From: Alphaproteobacteria bacterium
Lineage (GTDB): Bacteria > Pseudomonadota > Alphaproteobacteria > UBA2966
NCBI GenBank assembly: GCA_964291395.2
Contig: OZ219856.1
Span: forward strand, 1,248,001 to 1,312,000
Length of the DNA: 64,000 bases
Direction of reading: 5' to 3'
This document shows positions 49,413 through 58,914 of the stretch, piece by piece; within the stretch, counting starts at the first letter, position 1, and each line of letters begins with the position of its first letter. The notes under the pieces were generated by a model that ran no database searches, was not told where the DNA came from, and saw only the letters and a list, made by a program, of their open reading frames with translations. Made by a program: the position numbers and the translations under genes.

Positions 49413-50549
49413 ATGCGCCATCCGGGATATCTCGACTATAACGCGACGGCACCGGTACGACCGGAGGTGATGCGGGCCGTCGTCTCGGCTCTTGAAATCG
49501 GGGGGAATCCATCGTCGGTACATAAGGCCGGACGCGAAGCCAGGGCCAAGGTGGAAGCCGCGCGTGAAGCGGTGGCCCGACTCGTCGGCGCATCCCCGCA
49601 GTCCGTCGTCTTCACGAGCGGGGGCACCGAGGCGAACAACATGGTATTGCGGGGCGCGGCGTTGCGGGGACAACACCTTGTGGTGTCCGCCATCGAGCAC
49701 GACTCGGTACTCGATGCCGTCAAGTGCGGGGCGCAAACAGGATCATTGATACCTGTTGACCACGACGGTGTGGCCGACGTTGCGGCGCTCGACCGGGAGT
49801 TGCAGCGCCTGCCCGGAGGTGCGCTCGTATCCGTAATGGTCGCAAACAACGAGACCGGCGTGATTCAGCCGATCGCCGACGTGGTCGAGGTGGCGAGAGC
49901 ACACCGCGCCTCGGTGCACTGTGACGGCGTGCAGGGGCCCGGGAAAATCGCCGTGAATTTCGACCGACTCGGTGTCGACCTGATGTCATTGTCGGCTCAC
50001 AAGTTCGGCGGTCCCCAAGGCATTGGGGCCTTGGTGGTGCGGAACGGCGCCGAGGCGCCGGGGACGATGATTTTTGGTGGCGGGCAGGAACGTGGACAGC
50101 GGGCCGGCACGGAAAACGTCCCGGGGATCGTAGGGTTCGGCGTTGCCGCCGAGAGCGCTTCGGCCGACACCGGAACCCCACGCCGTGTCGAAGAGTTGCG
50201 CAATGCACTGGAAAACCGGATTCTTTCGATCACTGGCGATGCGGTCATTATCGGATCCGGTGCGGCGCGCCTGCCCAATACTTCGTGCATCGCCATGCCT
50301 GGCGTCTCGGCAGAGACACAGGTCATGGCTTTCGACCTCGAGGGCCTCAGCGTGAGCGCCGGGTCGGCCTGTTCATCGGGTAAGGTGGCGCGCTCTCATG
50401 TCATCGCGGCCATGGGGCTACCGGAGGACCGGAGGGACTCCGCAATTCGTGTCAGTCTCGGTTGGGCCTCGCGGTCCGAAGACGTGGATCGGTTCGTCGA
50501 TGCCTGGAAGAAGCTGTATCAGCGGATCGGAAGTCGTACCGCTGCCTGA
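49413..50549 (+). CDS. Cysteine desulfurase (IscS/NifS-like)
   Basis: YLDYNAT, GNPSSVH, FTSGGTEAN, SAHKFGGP, SAGSACSS. Confidence 0.93.
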   Translation: MRHPGYLDYNATAPVRPEVMRAVVSALEIGGNPSSVHKAGREARAKVEAAREAVARLVGASPQSVVFTSGGTEANNMVLRGAALRGQHLVVSAIEHDSVLDAVKCGAQTGSLIPVDHDGVADVAALDRELQRLPGGALVSVMVANNETGVIQPIADVVEVARAHRASVHCDGVQGPGKIAVNFDRLGVDLMSLSAHKFGGPQGIGALVVRNGAEAPGTMIFGGGQERGQRAGTENVPGIVGFGVAAESASADTGTPRRVEELRNALENRILSITGDAVIIGSGAARLPNTSCIAMPGVSAETQVMAFDLEGLSVSAGSACSSGKVARSHVIAAMGLPEDRRDSAIRVSLGWASRSEDVDRFVDAWKKLYQRIGSRTAA

Positions 50550-50560
50550 CGGCGGGGCGG

Positions 50561-51367
50561 TCAAGGCAGTTCAATTGACAGCGGAATTTCGTACCGGCCC
50601 GTATAGGATGTGTGGCTGACGATGCCCGTGTCCGGCTGCCACAGGTGAAGCTGGCAGGCCGGGGGTTCCATGACGATCTGCTGTTTGGCGCCTTCAAGCA
50701 TGTTCAGTCCCATCTGGTGGGCGGTGCTTGGCGCCACGCTGAGCACGGTACCGTGCCAGCGGGCCGTGACGGGGCGATGCAGGTGACCGCAGACGATTCT
50801 TTCGATATTCGAATACCTCTCCACGATGGCCCCCATTTCGGGTGCGCCCGCGTCGAAGCCATGCCGGTCCATTGCGTTGATTCCGCTCCTGATGGGTGGG
50901 TGATGCATGAATATCAGGGTGGGTTTATCGGGCTCTTCCGCCAGACGGTCCGATAGCCATTGAAGCCTCTCCTCGCAGAGCTCTCCGCTGATCTTCCCTG
51001 GGATCACGGTGTCCAGAGCGATCAGGCGCACGGGCCACCTGTCGATCACATAGTGCTGGAACCGACCGTTGCCGGGCAGATACTCCCAGTCCGCAAAAGC
51101 CCCCGACATGGTATCGCGATCGTCGTGATTGCCGGGGATGACATAGATGGGAACGCCGATGGGCGCCAAAATCTCTCTCAGACGCTCGTACTCCTCCGGG
51201 ATCCCCCGGTCGACAAGATCGCCCGTTGCCAGCACGACGTCCGGCAAAGGTTCAAGAGAAGTGATGTGTTCGACAGCGGTTTCAAGAAATGTTGCTGTAC
51301 GGAACATCCTATCCATGCGCTCGCCTGGAAGAGCGATATGGAAGTCCGTTATCTGTGCGATGATCAT
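50561..51367 (-). CDS. Metallophosphoesterase/phosphodiesterase (CpdA/GpdQ-like)
   Basis: QITDFH, TGDLVD, PGNHD, MHHPP, CGHLH. Confidence 0.9.
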   Translation of the reverse strand: MIIAQITDFHIALPGERMDRMFRTATFLETAVEHITSLEPLPDVVLATGDLVDRGIPEEYERLREILAPIGVPIYVIPGNHDDRDTMSGAFADWEYLPGNGRFQHYVIDRWPVRLIALDTVIPGKISGELCEERLQWLSDRLAEEPDKPTLIFMHHPPIRSGINAMDRHGFDAGAPEMGAIVERYSNIERIVCGHLHRPVTARWHGTVLSVAPSTAHQMGLNMLEGAKQQIVMEPPACQLHLWQPDTGIVSHTSYTGRYEIPLSIELP

Positions 51368-51589
51368 CGTGTGACGGCGTGTGGTTGAACCGGGTGTCGG
51401 GCAAGAGCATATATCATTGGCGATTGTGTAGCGTCGCGTGACAGCGAATTTCGTCAGATCGACATCTGGATTCCCTGATTGCGGATCCTCGCTGTCCGAA
51501 GTGCGACGCCGGGTCCGCTGCACGGGAGGCTCCTGCGTGGACTTGCCGACTGGTCGATGGGGGCCCGAAAGGCCAGCCCGTCCGGGCTC

Positions 51590-51829
51590 TTACGCAAATG
51601 CCTTGAATGCGATGATGGTGAAGGTGTCCTTGACGCCTGAAAGACGTTGGATGTTCTCGGTGACGAAATGCCCGATGTCGATATCGTCGTCCAAATAGCA
51701 TTTCATCAAGAGATCATACTGTCCTGAGGTCGAGTGCACCTCGGAGACCTGGGCCACGTCGGCGGCTTCTTCGGCGACCCGGTAAGCCTCTCCGAGTTCG
51801 CATTTGACCATTACGAATATGGTCTGCAC
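51590..51829 (-). CDS. Stand-alone Lrp/AsnC ligand-binding domain protein
   Basis: 79 aa, FVMVKC...SEVHSTSGQYDLLMK...GVKDTFT. No HTH. Confidence 0.85.
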   Translation of the reverse strand: MQTIFVMVKCELGEAYRVAEEAADVAQVSEVHSTSGQYDLLMKCYLDDDIDIGHFVTENIQRLSGVKDTFTIIAFKAFA

Positions 51830-51844
51830 GGCGCGGTTCTTGCT

Positions 51845-53281
51845 TCAGTCGGTACGGGACCGCGCCGGGCGTGCCAGGAAAGCCGGCACGTCGTCCGTGA
51901 TGCCGAATTTCAAATCTGCTCCGACGTGCGACTCTCTATCACCGCGGGGCTTCTTTCGTTCACGTGTCCGTTTGGATGACCGTTTCCCGTCGGCGCTTCG
52001 CGTGTGATTCTGGGACTTCGACCCCGATCGTGCATTCGGTGCCGAGCCGTTTTCGGTGGCAGAGGATTGACCGTTCGCCTTTCTCCCACGTCGACGCCGA
52101 CCAGACGAACGCCCGTGGTCGATCCTCGAACGCTCAGAACCATTTCGCACCTTCAGGTTCTCTATTTCGGGAGCTTCCGCGATCTGAATGGAGGAACCGA
52201 TGAGGCGTTCTATAGCGGACACGAGCTTGCTGTCGTCCGGCGTCGCGATCGTGATGGCGACTCCGGACAGGCCCGCCCTGCCGGTTCTGCCGATACGATG
52301 AATGTAGTCCTCGGCGTTGGACGGTACATCGAAATTCAGGACGAACGGGAGGCTCGTGATGTCGAGCCCTCGAGCCGCGACGTCGCTGGCCACCAGCAGG
52401 TTGATGTCGCCGCTGCGGAAACCTTCGAGCGTGTCCATTCGCACCGACTGCTGCATATCACCGTGGAGGGCCTTGACATTGAATCCGTGCTTGCCCAGAG
52501 ACCGCGCCACGATATCGACGTCGCGCTTGCGGTTGCAAAAAATCAGCGCCGACTCCACTTCCTGACCGCGTAGGATCTGGCGAAGCGCTTTGCGTTTGTC
52601 TTCCTGGCGAACCACGACCAGTTGTTGGTCGACGTTTTCGGCGGGTGACGCCGGCGGATCGACGACCACCTCTTTTGGATTGTTCAGGAACCGCCCTGCG
52701 ATGCGCTGGATCTCGGGCATGATGGTCGCAGAGAAGAACAGGGTCTGTCGCAACGGCGGCAACAGTTTCGCGATACGTTCGACGTCGGGGATGAATCCCA
52801 TATCGAGCATTCGATCCGCTTCGTCGATCACCAGAATTCCGACACCGCTGAGTAACAGTTTTCCGCGTTCGAAGTGGTCAAGGAGGCGTCCCGGTGTGGC
52901 GATGAGTACGTCGACGCCGCGATCGATCTTCTTGTCTTGGTCATCGAATGAAACGCCACCGATCAGCAGCGCCATCGAAAGTTTTTGATACTTGCCGTAG
53001 ACCGAAAAGTTCTCAGCGACTTGATCTGCCAACTCCCGCGTCGGTTCGAGAATCAAGGCCCGTGGCATTCGAGCCCGCGCGCGGCCCTTCGCCAGCATGT
53101 CGATCATCGGCAAGGTGAATGAGGCCGTCTTGCCTGTGCCGGTCTGCGCGCAACCCATGAGGTCGCGGCCCTGCATCACAAGTGGTATCGCTTGTTCCTG
53201 GATCGGTGTCGGGGACTGATACCCCGCCTCGGTGATCGCTTCAAGAACTTCGGGACTTAGACCAAGATCAGAGAAATTCAT
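51845..53281 (-). CDS. DEAD-box ATP-dependent RNA helicase (RhlE-like)
   Basis: Q motif PTPIQ, AQTGTGKT, PTRELA, DEAD, SAT, HRIGRTGRAG, basic tail. Confidence 0.95.
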   Translation of the reverse strand: MNFSDLGLSPEVLEAITEAGYQSPTPIQEQAIPLVMQGRDLMGCAQTGTGKTASFTLPMIDMLAKGRARARMPRALILEPTRELADQVAENFSVYGKYQKLSMALLIGGVSFDDQDKKIDRGVDVLIATPGRLLDHFERGKLLLSGVGILVIDEADRMLDMGFIPDVERIAKLLPPLRQTLFFSATIMPEIQRIAGRFLNNPKEVVVDPPASPAENVDQQLVVVRQEDKRKALRQILRGQEVESALIFCNRKRDVDIVARSLGKHGFNVKALHGDMQQSVRMDTLEGFRSGDINLLVASDVAARGLDITSLPFVLNFDVPSNAEDYIHRIGRTGRAGLSGVAITIATPDDSKLVSAIERLIGSSIQIAEAPEIENLKVRNGSERSRIDHGRSSGRRRRGRKANGQSSATENGSAPNARSGSKSQNHTRSADGKRSSKRTRERKKPRGDRESHVGADLKFGITDDVPAFLARPARSRTD

Positions 53282-53336
53282 ATGTTGCCAAATATTGCGG
53301 CGTACAATGTGACTGTCGGGCCGCACGTTGGTCGCC

Positions 53337-53365
53337 GCAATACTCTACGGGACTTTAGATGTCAA
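53337..53365 (-). promoter_or_regulatory. Candidate sigma70 promoter of the helicase gene
   Basis: Minus strand TTGACA-17 nt-TATTGC. The -10 lacks the -7 T, as is common in Alphaproteobacteria. Confidence 0.45.
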
Positions 53366-53490
53366 TGGTCATTCACTGGCCGTAGCGGGAATCTTTAGAA
53401 TTTTCGTTGTACAGTCGAATACTCCACGACTACGGTTGGTGTTGTGGAAATGGGGTTCGAAGCGCGTGGTGTCAAGCACGGGTGTGCTGG

Positions 53491-54222
53491 ATGAATGTTT
53501 CTGTCCCCTTGCTGATTCTGCCCGGACATCTATGCAATCGCCGGCTGTTTACACATCAGACGAAACATTTGTCCGATGTTGCCGATATCGCGGTTGCCGA
53601 TCTGTACGGCGCCGACAGCGTCCGCAGGTTGGCGGCCATCGCCATCGCACCGATGCCCCGGGAGTTCGTGGTCCTGGCGAACTCGATGGGTGGTGCCGTT
53701 GCGTTCGAGGTAATGCGCCAAGTTCCCGAGCGCGTCGCCGGTCTTGCTCTGGTGGGCACCACGGCGCGCCCCGAATGGCCTTCTCAAAACGCGCGACGCC
53801 GGCCGGCCGCGGAACTCGCGGCACGTGGCGATTTCAAGTCTATCGCGGAGATGTACGGGCCGGTGTTCTTTCATCCGGAGCGAACCCAGGGTGGTGCTCA
53901 TATCAGTACGCTTGAGCTGATGATCGAAGAAGCCGGGTATGCGGGGTTGCGGAATCAGCAGAAAGCGTTCACGGATCGTCCCGACAGCAGGCCAACCCTT
54001 CCGGGCATTTCGTGCCCGACGTTCGTACTTTGCGGTCGTGACGACGTCGTGACACCGCTCTACATGTCGGAAGAGATCGCCGATGGGATTCCGAATGCCC
54101 AACTGACTGTCCTCGACACCTGCGGTCACATTCCGATGCTTGAATGGCCAGAGGAGACGACCGGCCTGATACGCCGGTGGCTGAGCTCGCTCCGGGATCA
54201 GGGCGGTTCAAGCTGGGCTTGA
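53491..54222 (+). CDS. Alpha/beta fold hydrolase
   Basis: LILPG, ANSMGG elbow, CPTFVLCGRDD, CGHIP.LE.P. Confidence 0.85.
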   Translation: MNVSVPLLILPGHLCNRRLFTHQTKHLSDVADIAVADLYGADSVRRLAAIAIAPMPREFVVLANSMGGAVAFEVMRQVPERVAGLALVGTTARPEWPSQNARRRPAAELAARGDFKSIAEMYGPVFFHPERTQGGAHISTLELMIEEAGYAGLRNQQKAFTDRPDSRPTLPGISCPTFVLCGRDDVVTPLYMSEEIADGIPNAQLTVLDTCGHIPMLEWPEETTGLIRRWLSSLRDQGGSSWA

Positions 54223-54235
54223 ACTGTCACCATGC

Positions 54236-54268
54236 CGGGGCGGTTCCGGTCAAACTGCAACCGAACTA
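54236..54268. repeat. 33-bp palindromic dispersed repeat, copy 3 (degenerate)
   Basis: CGGGGCGGTTCCGGTCAAACTGCAACCGAACTA. Terminal CTA is the parE TAG stop. Confidence 0.65.
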
Positions 54269-56257
54269 GATATCGAGTTCCTGGACCTGGGCGGCCTTTT
54301 CCTGGATGAAGGCCAGCCTGAGCTCCGGTTTCCTGCCCATGAGACGCTCGACAAGCCGATCAGTTCCTTTGCCTTCAGGTTCCGGGACGGTAACACGCAG
54401 CAGGGTACGCTTGCCGAGCGCCATGGTGGTTTCCTTGAGCTGGGTTGCCGGCATTTCACCCAAGCCCTTGAACCGACTGATTTCGACTTTGCCTCTGCCG
54501 TCGAACTCGTCGGCCAGCAACTGGTCACGGTGTGCGTCGTCCCGCGCGTACAGCGTTTTGCCGCCTTGGCTCAGACGATAAAGGGGTGGTACAGCCAGAT
54601 AGAGATGGCCGTTGTCGAGCAGACCGGGCATCTCCTGGTAGAAGAACGTCATCAGGAGTGACGCGATGTGGGCACCGTCGACATCCGCATCCGTCATGAT
54701 GATGACCCTGTCGTAACGGAGTTTGTCTTCCCGGTACCCTTCGCGCACGCCGCAACCGAGCGCGAGCATGAGATCCGACAGTTCCTTGTTGGCGTGCACC
54801 TTCTCTCTTCCCGCGCTGGCGACATTGAGAATTTTACCTCTCAGGGGCAAGACCGCCTGGGTAACGCGATCCCGCGCTTGCTTCGCCGAACCGCCGGCCG
54901 AGTCTCCCTCGACGATGAAAAGTTCCGTACCTTCCTTCTGGGTCCGCGTACAATCGGTGAGTTTTCCGGGAAGTCGCGCGCGCCGGCCTGCCGTCTTGCG
55001 GGAAAGGTCTCGTTCCTGCCGTCGCCGTAACCGTTCCTCGGTGCGCTCCACGATGAAGTCGAGCAGCCGCTTTGCGCTTTCGGGCGCGCCGGAGAGCCAA
55101 TGATCCAAATGGTCCCGGACTGCCGCCTCCACCAATTTTTGGGCTTTGGGGCTGGCCAACTTCCGTTTGGTCTGCCCGTGAAACTGTGGGTCGGCAACGA
55201 ACACCGAGAGGACGCCGGCCATGGAGCCGAGGACGTCGTCCGCCGTGATTTGGCTTGCCCGACGATTGTTCAGGCGTTCGCCGTACTCCCGCAGCGCCTT
55301 GGACAGAGCGGCCCTCAATCCTGCTTCGTGGGTGCCGCCCTCGGGCGTCGGGACCGTGTTGCAGTAGGAGCTCAGAAAGGGATCGCCATCGGCAAGCCAA
55401 CTGACGGCCCACTCGATCCTGCCCCCCCGAGAATCCATGGCAACCCGGCCGGTGAACGGGGTTTCCGTGATCACTTCGGACCCTTCGGTCATTGTGGAGA
55501 GGTAGTCGATGATGCCGCCCGGAAAGTGGAGTTTTTCCTTGGCGGGAATCTTGCCCTTTTCTTTCAGCAGCGAGTCATCACAAGACCAGTTGATCTCGAC
55601 GCCGCCATACAGGAAGGCCTTGGAACGGGCTATGCGATAGAGTTCCGCAGGCTTGAGCGCCGACTTTTGGCCGAAAATTTCCGGATCCGGATGAAAGGTG
55701 ATCTTCGTGCCCCGGCGGTTGTTGGATGTACCGCTGTTCTCGAGCTTCGATTTGGGCTTCCCCCGGGTATAGCGTTGCGACCAGATCTGTCTGTCCCGCG
55801 CCACCTCGACTTCGAACCGGTCCGATAATGCGTTGACGACCGACACGCCGACGCCGTGCAGACCGCCCGCCGTGTGATAGACCTTGTCGCTGAACTTACC
55901 GCCAGAGTGAAGCGTCGTGAGAATGACCTCGAGGGCGGATTTGCTCTTGTATTTCGGATGGGGATCGACCGGGATACCGCGGCCGTTGTCCTCGACCGTG
56001 AGCATCCCGTCGGCCTCCAGGGTTATCAATATGCGGTTAGCATGACCTGCCACCGCCTCGTCCATGGCGTTGTCGATGACCTCGGCTGCCAGGTGGTGCA
56101 GGCCGGCTTCGTCGGTCCCTCCGATATACATGCCGGGGCGTCGGCGGACGGGTTCGAGACCCTCCAGGACTTCGATGTCCTTGGCGGAATACTTGGCGTC
56201 CCGCTTCTTCGGGCGTTTGCCGCCGTTTTCAAATAAATCGTTCATCGCCATGGACAT
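54266..56257 (-). CDS. parE: DNA topoisomerase IV subunit B
   Basis: EGLEPVRRRPGMYIG, GGLHGVG, VEGDSAGG, MTDADVDG, RFKGLGEM. No GyrB insertion, and the C-terminus LMGRKPELR is ParE-like. Confidence 0.92.
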   Translation of the reverse strand: MSMAMNDLFENGGKRPKKRDAKYSAKDIEVLEGLEPVRRRPGMYIGGTDEAGLHHLAAEVIDNAMDEAVAGHANRILITLEADGMLTVEDNGRGIPVDPHPKYKSKSALEVILTTLHSGGKFSDKVYHTAGGLHGVGVSVVNALSDRFEVEVARDRQIWSQRYTRGKPKSKLENSGTSNNRRGTKITFHPDPEIFGQKSALKPAELYRIARSKAFLYGGVEINWSCDDSLLKEKGKIPAKEKLHFPGGIIDYLSTMTEGSEVITETPFTGRVAMDSRGGRIEWAVSWLADGDPFLSSYCNTVPTPEGGTHEAGLRAALSKALREYGERLNNRRASQITADDVLGSMAGVLSVFVADPQFHGQTKRKLASPKAQKLVEAAVRDHLDHWLSGAPESAKRLLDFIVERTEERLRRRQERDLSRKTAGRRARLPGKLTDCTRTQKEGTELFIVEGDSAGGSAKQARDRVTQAVLPLRGKILNVASAGREKVHANKELSDLMLALGCGVREGYREDKLRYDRVIIMTDADVDGAHIASLLMTFFYQEMPGLLDNGHLYLAVPPLYRLSQGGKTLYARDDAHRDQLLADEFDGRGKVEISRFKGLGEMPATQLKETTMALGKRTLLRVTVPEPEGKGTDRLVERLMGRKPELRLAFIQEKAAQVQELDI

Positions 56258-56376
56258 CCAGCACGCCCCCGCGACAGCTTGACGGATGGTTGCAGTGGCA
56301 CACTATAAGGTATGATTTCTCTCAGCAACAACGACATCTAGCCCCGATTTAAGCTCGAATAGCGCAAACAGGCACC

Positions 56377-56751
56377 ATGGCACAGCAAGCGGAACCCGCG
56401 ATTCGAACCGTCCCCATGCCCTCCGACGCCAACTCGAACGGCGATATTTTCGGCGGCTGGGTGCTGTCCCAAATGGATATAGCGGGCGGCACCATTGCCG
56501 CAAGACGCTGCCGCGGGCGGGTGGCGACGGTCGCCATTGATGCAATGACCTTCAAACGCCCCATCGCGGTGGGCGATATTGTCAGCATCTATGGTGAGAT
56601 CGAGCGTGTTGGGCGTACGTCGATCACGGTGCGCCTCGAGACGATCGTCCAACGACGTGTTCTGGCCGAGGAGATCTCGGTGACCGAGGGAACCTTCGTC
56701 TACGTCGCGATCGACGAGAACGGCCGATCGCGGCCGGTCGATCCCGAATAG
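56377..56751 (+). CDS. Acyl-CoA thioesterase (YciA-like hotdog fold)
   Basis: MPSDANSNGDIFGGWVLSQMD, VGRTSI, FVYVAID. Confidence 0.92.
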   Translation: MAQQAEPAIRTVPMPSDANSNGDIFGGWVLSQMDIAGGTIAARRCRGRVATVAIDAMTFKRPIAVGDIVSIYGEIERVGRTSITVRLETIVQRRVLAEEISVTEGTFVYVAIDENGRSRPVDPE

Positions 56752-56812
56752 GCGAAAAGGGCCGGACCGTAGGGCCCGACTCCTCTTCGTGCAAATTATC
56801 GGTTATCTCTTC

Positions 56813-58222
56813 TTAGACGCTGTAATACATAGAAAATTCTATGGGATGGGTTGTCTGCTCAAAGGCATGAACCTCGTCCCATTTGAGTTCTATGTAGCCG
56901 TCGATGATGTCGTCGGTGAAGACGTCACCCTTCTTGAGGAAGTCGCGGTCCCCATCGAGCGTATCAAGCGCCTGGCGCAATGAACCGCACACGGTGGGAA
57001 CGTCTTGCAGTTCCTCCGGCGGCAGATCGTAAAGGTTCTTGTCCATCGGATCGCCCGGATGGATCTTGTTCTCGATCCCGTCGATGCCCGCCATCAGCAT
57101 GGCCGCGAACGTCAGATAGGGATTGGCGGCGGGATCGGGGAAACGGACTTCGACACGCTTCCCGTTGGGGCTGGATGCATAGGGAATGCGACAGGATGCC
57201 GACCTGTTCCGTGCCGAATAGGCCAGGAGCACGGGTGCCTCGAAGCCCGGCACCAACCGCTTGTAGCTGTTGGTGGTGGGGTTGGAGAACGCGTTGATTG
57301 CGCGGGCATGCTTCATGACGCCGCCGATGTAATAGAGCGCGTTTTCCGACAGGTCCGCATATCCGGTGCCGGCGAAGAGGTTGTCGTCGCTCCTCCAGAT
57401 GGACTGATGGATGTGCATTCCAGAACCATTGTCGTCCATGATGGGCTTGGGCATGAACGTCGCGGTTTTTCCGTACGAATGCGCCACGTTGTGCACGACA
57501 TACTTGTAGATCTGCATCATGTCGGCGGTATGCACCAAGCTCGAGCCCTGGATGCCGAGCTCGTTTTGCGAGGGGGCGACTTCGTGATGATGCTTCTCGG
57601 TATCCAGACCCATCTCGGCCATGATGGTGACCATCTCGGCGCGGAGGTCGCTCATCGAGTCGACGGGCGGTACGGGGAAGTACCCGCCTTTGGCGGGCGG
57701 GCGGTGACCGATATTGCCACCCTCGAACTGCCGCTGACTGTTGTAAGGCCCTTCCTCCTGGTCGATGGAGTAAGAGCACGCGTTCATGCCAACGTTGAAG
57801 CGTACGTCATCGAACACGAAAAATTCCGCTTCCGGGCCGAACATGGTGCGATCGCCGATTCCCGTGAAGCTGAGATAGGTTTCGGCCCGTTTGGCCGCCG
57901 AACGGGGGTCACGCGAGTAGGCTTCACCCGTCGTCGGCTCGATGATGTCGCAGAAGACGATCAGAGAATTCTGGGCGGCGAAGGGGTCCATCGTCGCGTT
58001 TTCCGGATCGGGCATCAGCGTCATGTCGGATTGGCTAATGTCCTTCCAGCCGGCGATGGACGAGCCGTCGAACATGACTCCGTCTTCGAACATCTCTTCG
58101 TCGACGACGTTCACGTCCATGGCAAGGTGTTGCCATTTTCCCCGCGGGTCCGTGAAGCGAAGGTCGACGTACTTGACGTCGTTGTCCTTGATCAACTTGA
58201 GGATGGAATTGGCGTCAGACAT
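56813..58222 (-). CDS. glnA: Type I glutamine synthetase
   Basis: [33 protein letters not shown], adenylylation site KNLYDLP. Confidence 0.97.
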   Translation of the reverse strand: MSDANSILKLIKDNDVKYVDLRFTDPRGKWQHLAMDVNVVDEEMFEDGVMFDGSSIAGWKDISQSDMTLMPDPENATMDPFAAQNSLIVFCDIIEPTTGEAYSRDPRSAAKRAETYLSFTGIGDRTMFGPEAEFFVFDDVRFNVGMNACSYSIDQEEGPYNSQRQFEGGNIGHRPPAKGGYFPVPPVDSMSDLRAEMVTIMAEMGLDTEKHHHEVAPSQNELGIQGSSLVHTADMMQIYKYVVHNVAHSYGKTATFMPKPIMDDNGSGMHIHQSIWRSDDNLFAGTGYADLSENALYYIGGVMKHARAINAFSNPTTNSYKRLVPGFEAPVLLAYSARNRSASCRIPYASSPNGKRVEVRFPDPAANPYLTFAAMLMAGIDGIENKIHPGDPMDKNLYDLPPEELQDVPTVCGSLRQALDTLDGDRDFLKKGDVFTDDIIDGYIELKWDEVHAFEQTTHPIEFSMYYSV

Positions 58223-58274
58223 GGCTGTCCTTTCTGTGTTCCCTGCTGTGGACGTTGCAACCCTGGAAGAGACG

Positions 58275-58766
<492 letters not shown>

Positions 58767-58775
58767 TCACGGTTC

Positions 58776-58812
58776 TGCCCAATATGTGATCAGAATGCCC
58801 AAAAATTAGCCA
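58776..58812. promoter_or_regulatory. Tandem NtrC-like binding sites
   Basis: TGCCCAATATGTGATCA and TGCCCAAAAATTAGCCA (17 bp each), about 75-110 bp upstream of the sigma54 site. Confidence 0.6.
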
Positions 58813-58914
58813 ACTCGCATGGTGCGCGGGCGGTATGTTTGACAGTCGCCGGGACCTCGACCGCGACCGTCGGACAATCGATCGTGACGGCGACGGGCTC
58901 ACCCTCGAGAAGCG

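Noticed and set aside
54266-56257. Calling this gene gyrB
   Set aside because: Its length (663 aa) lacks the proteobacterial GyrB insertion, and the C-terminus is ParE-type.
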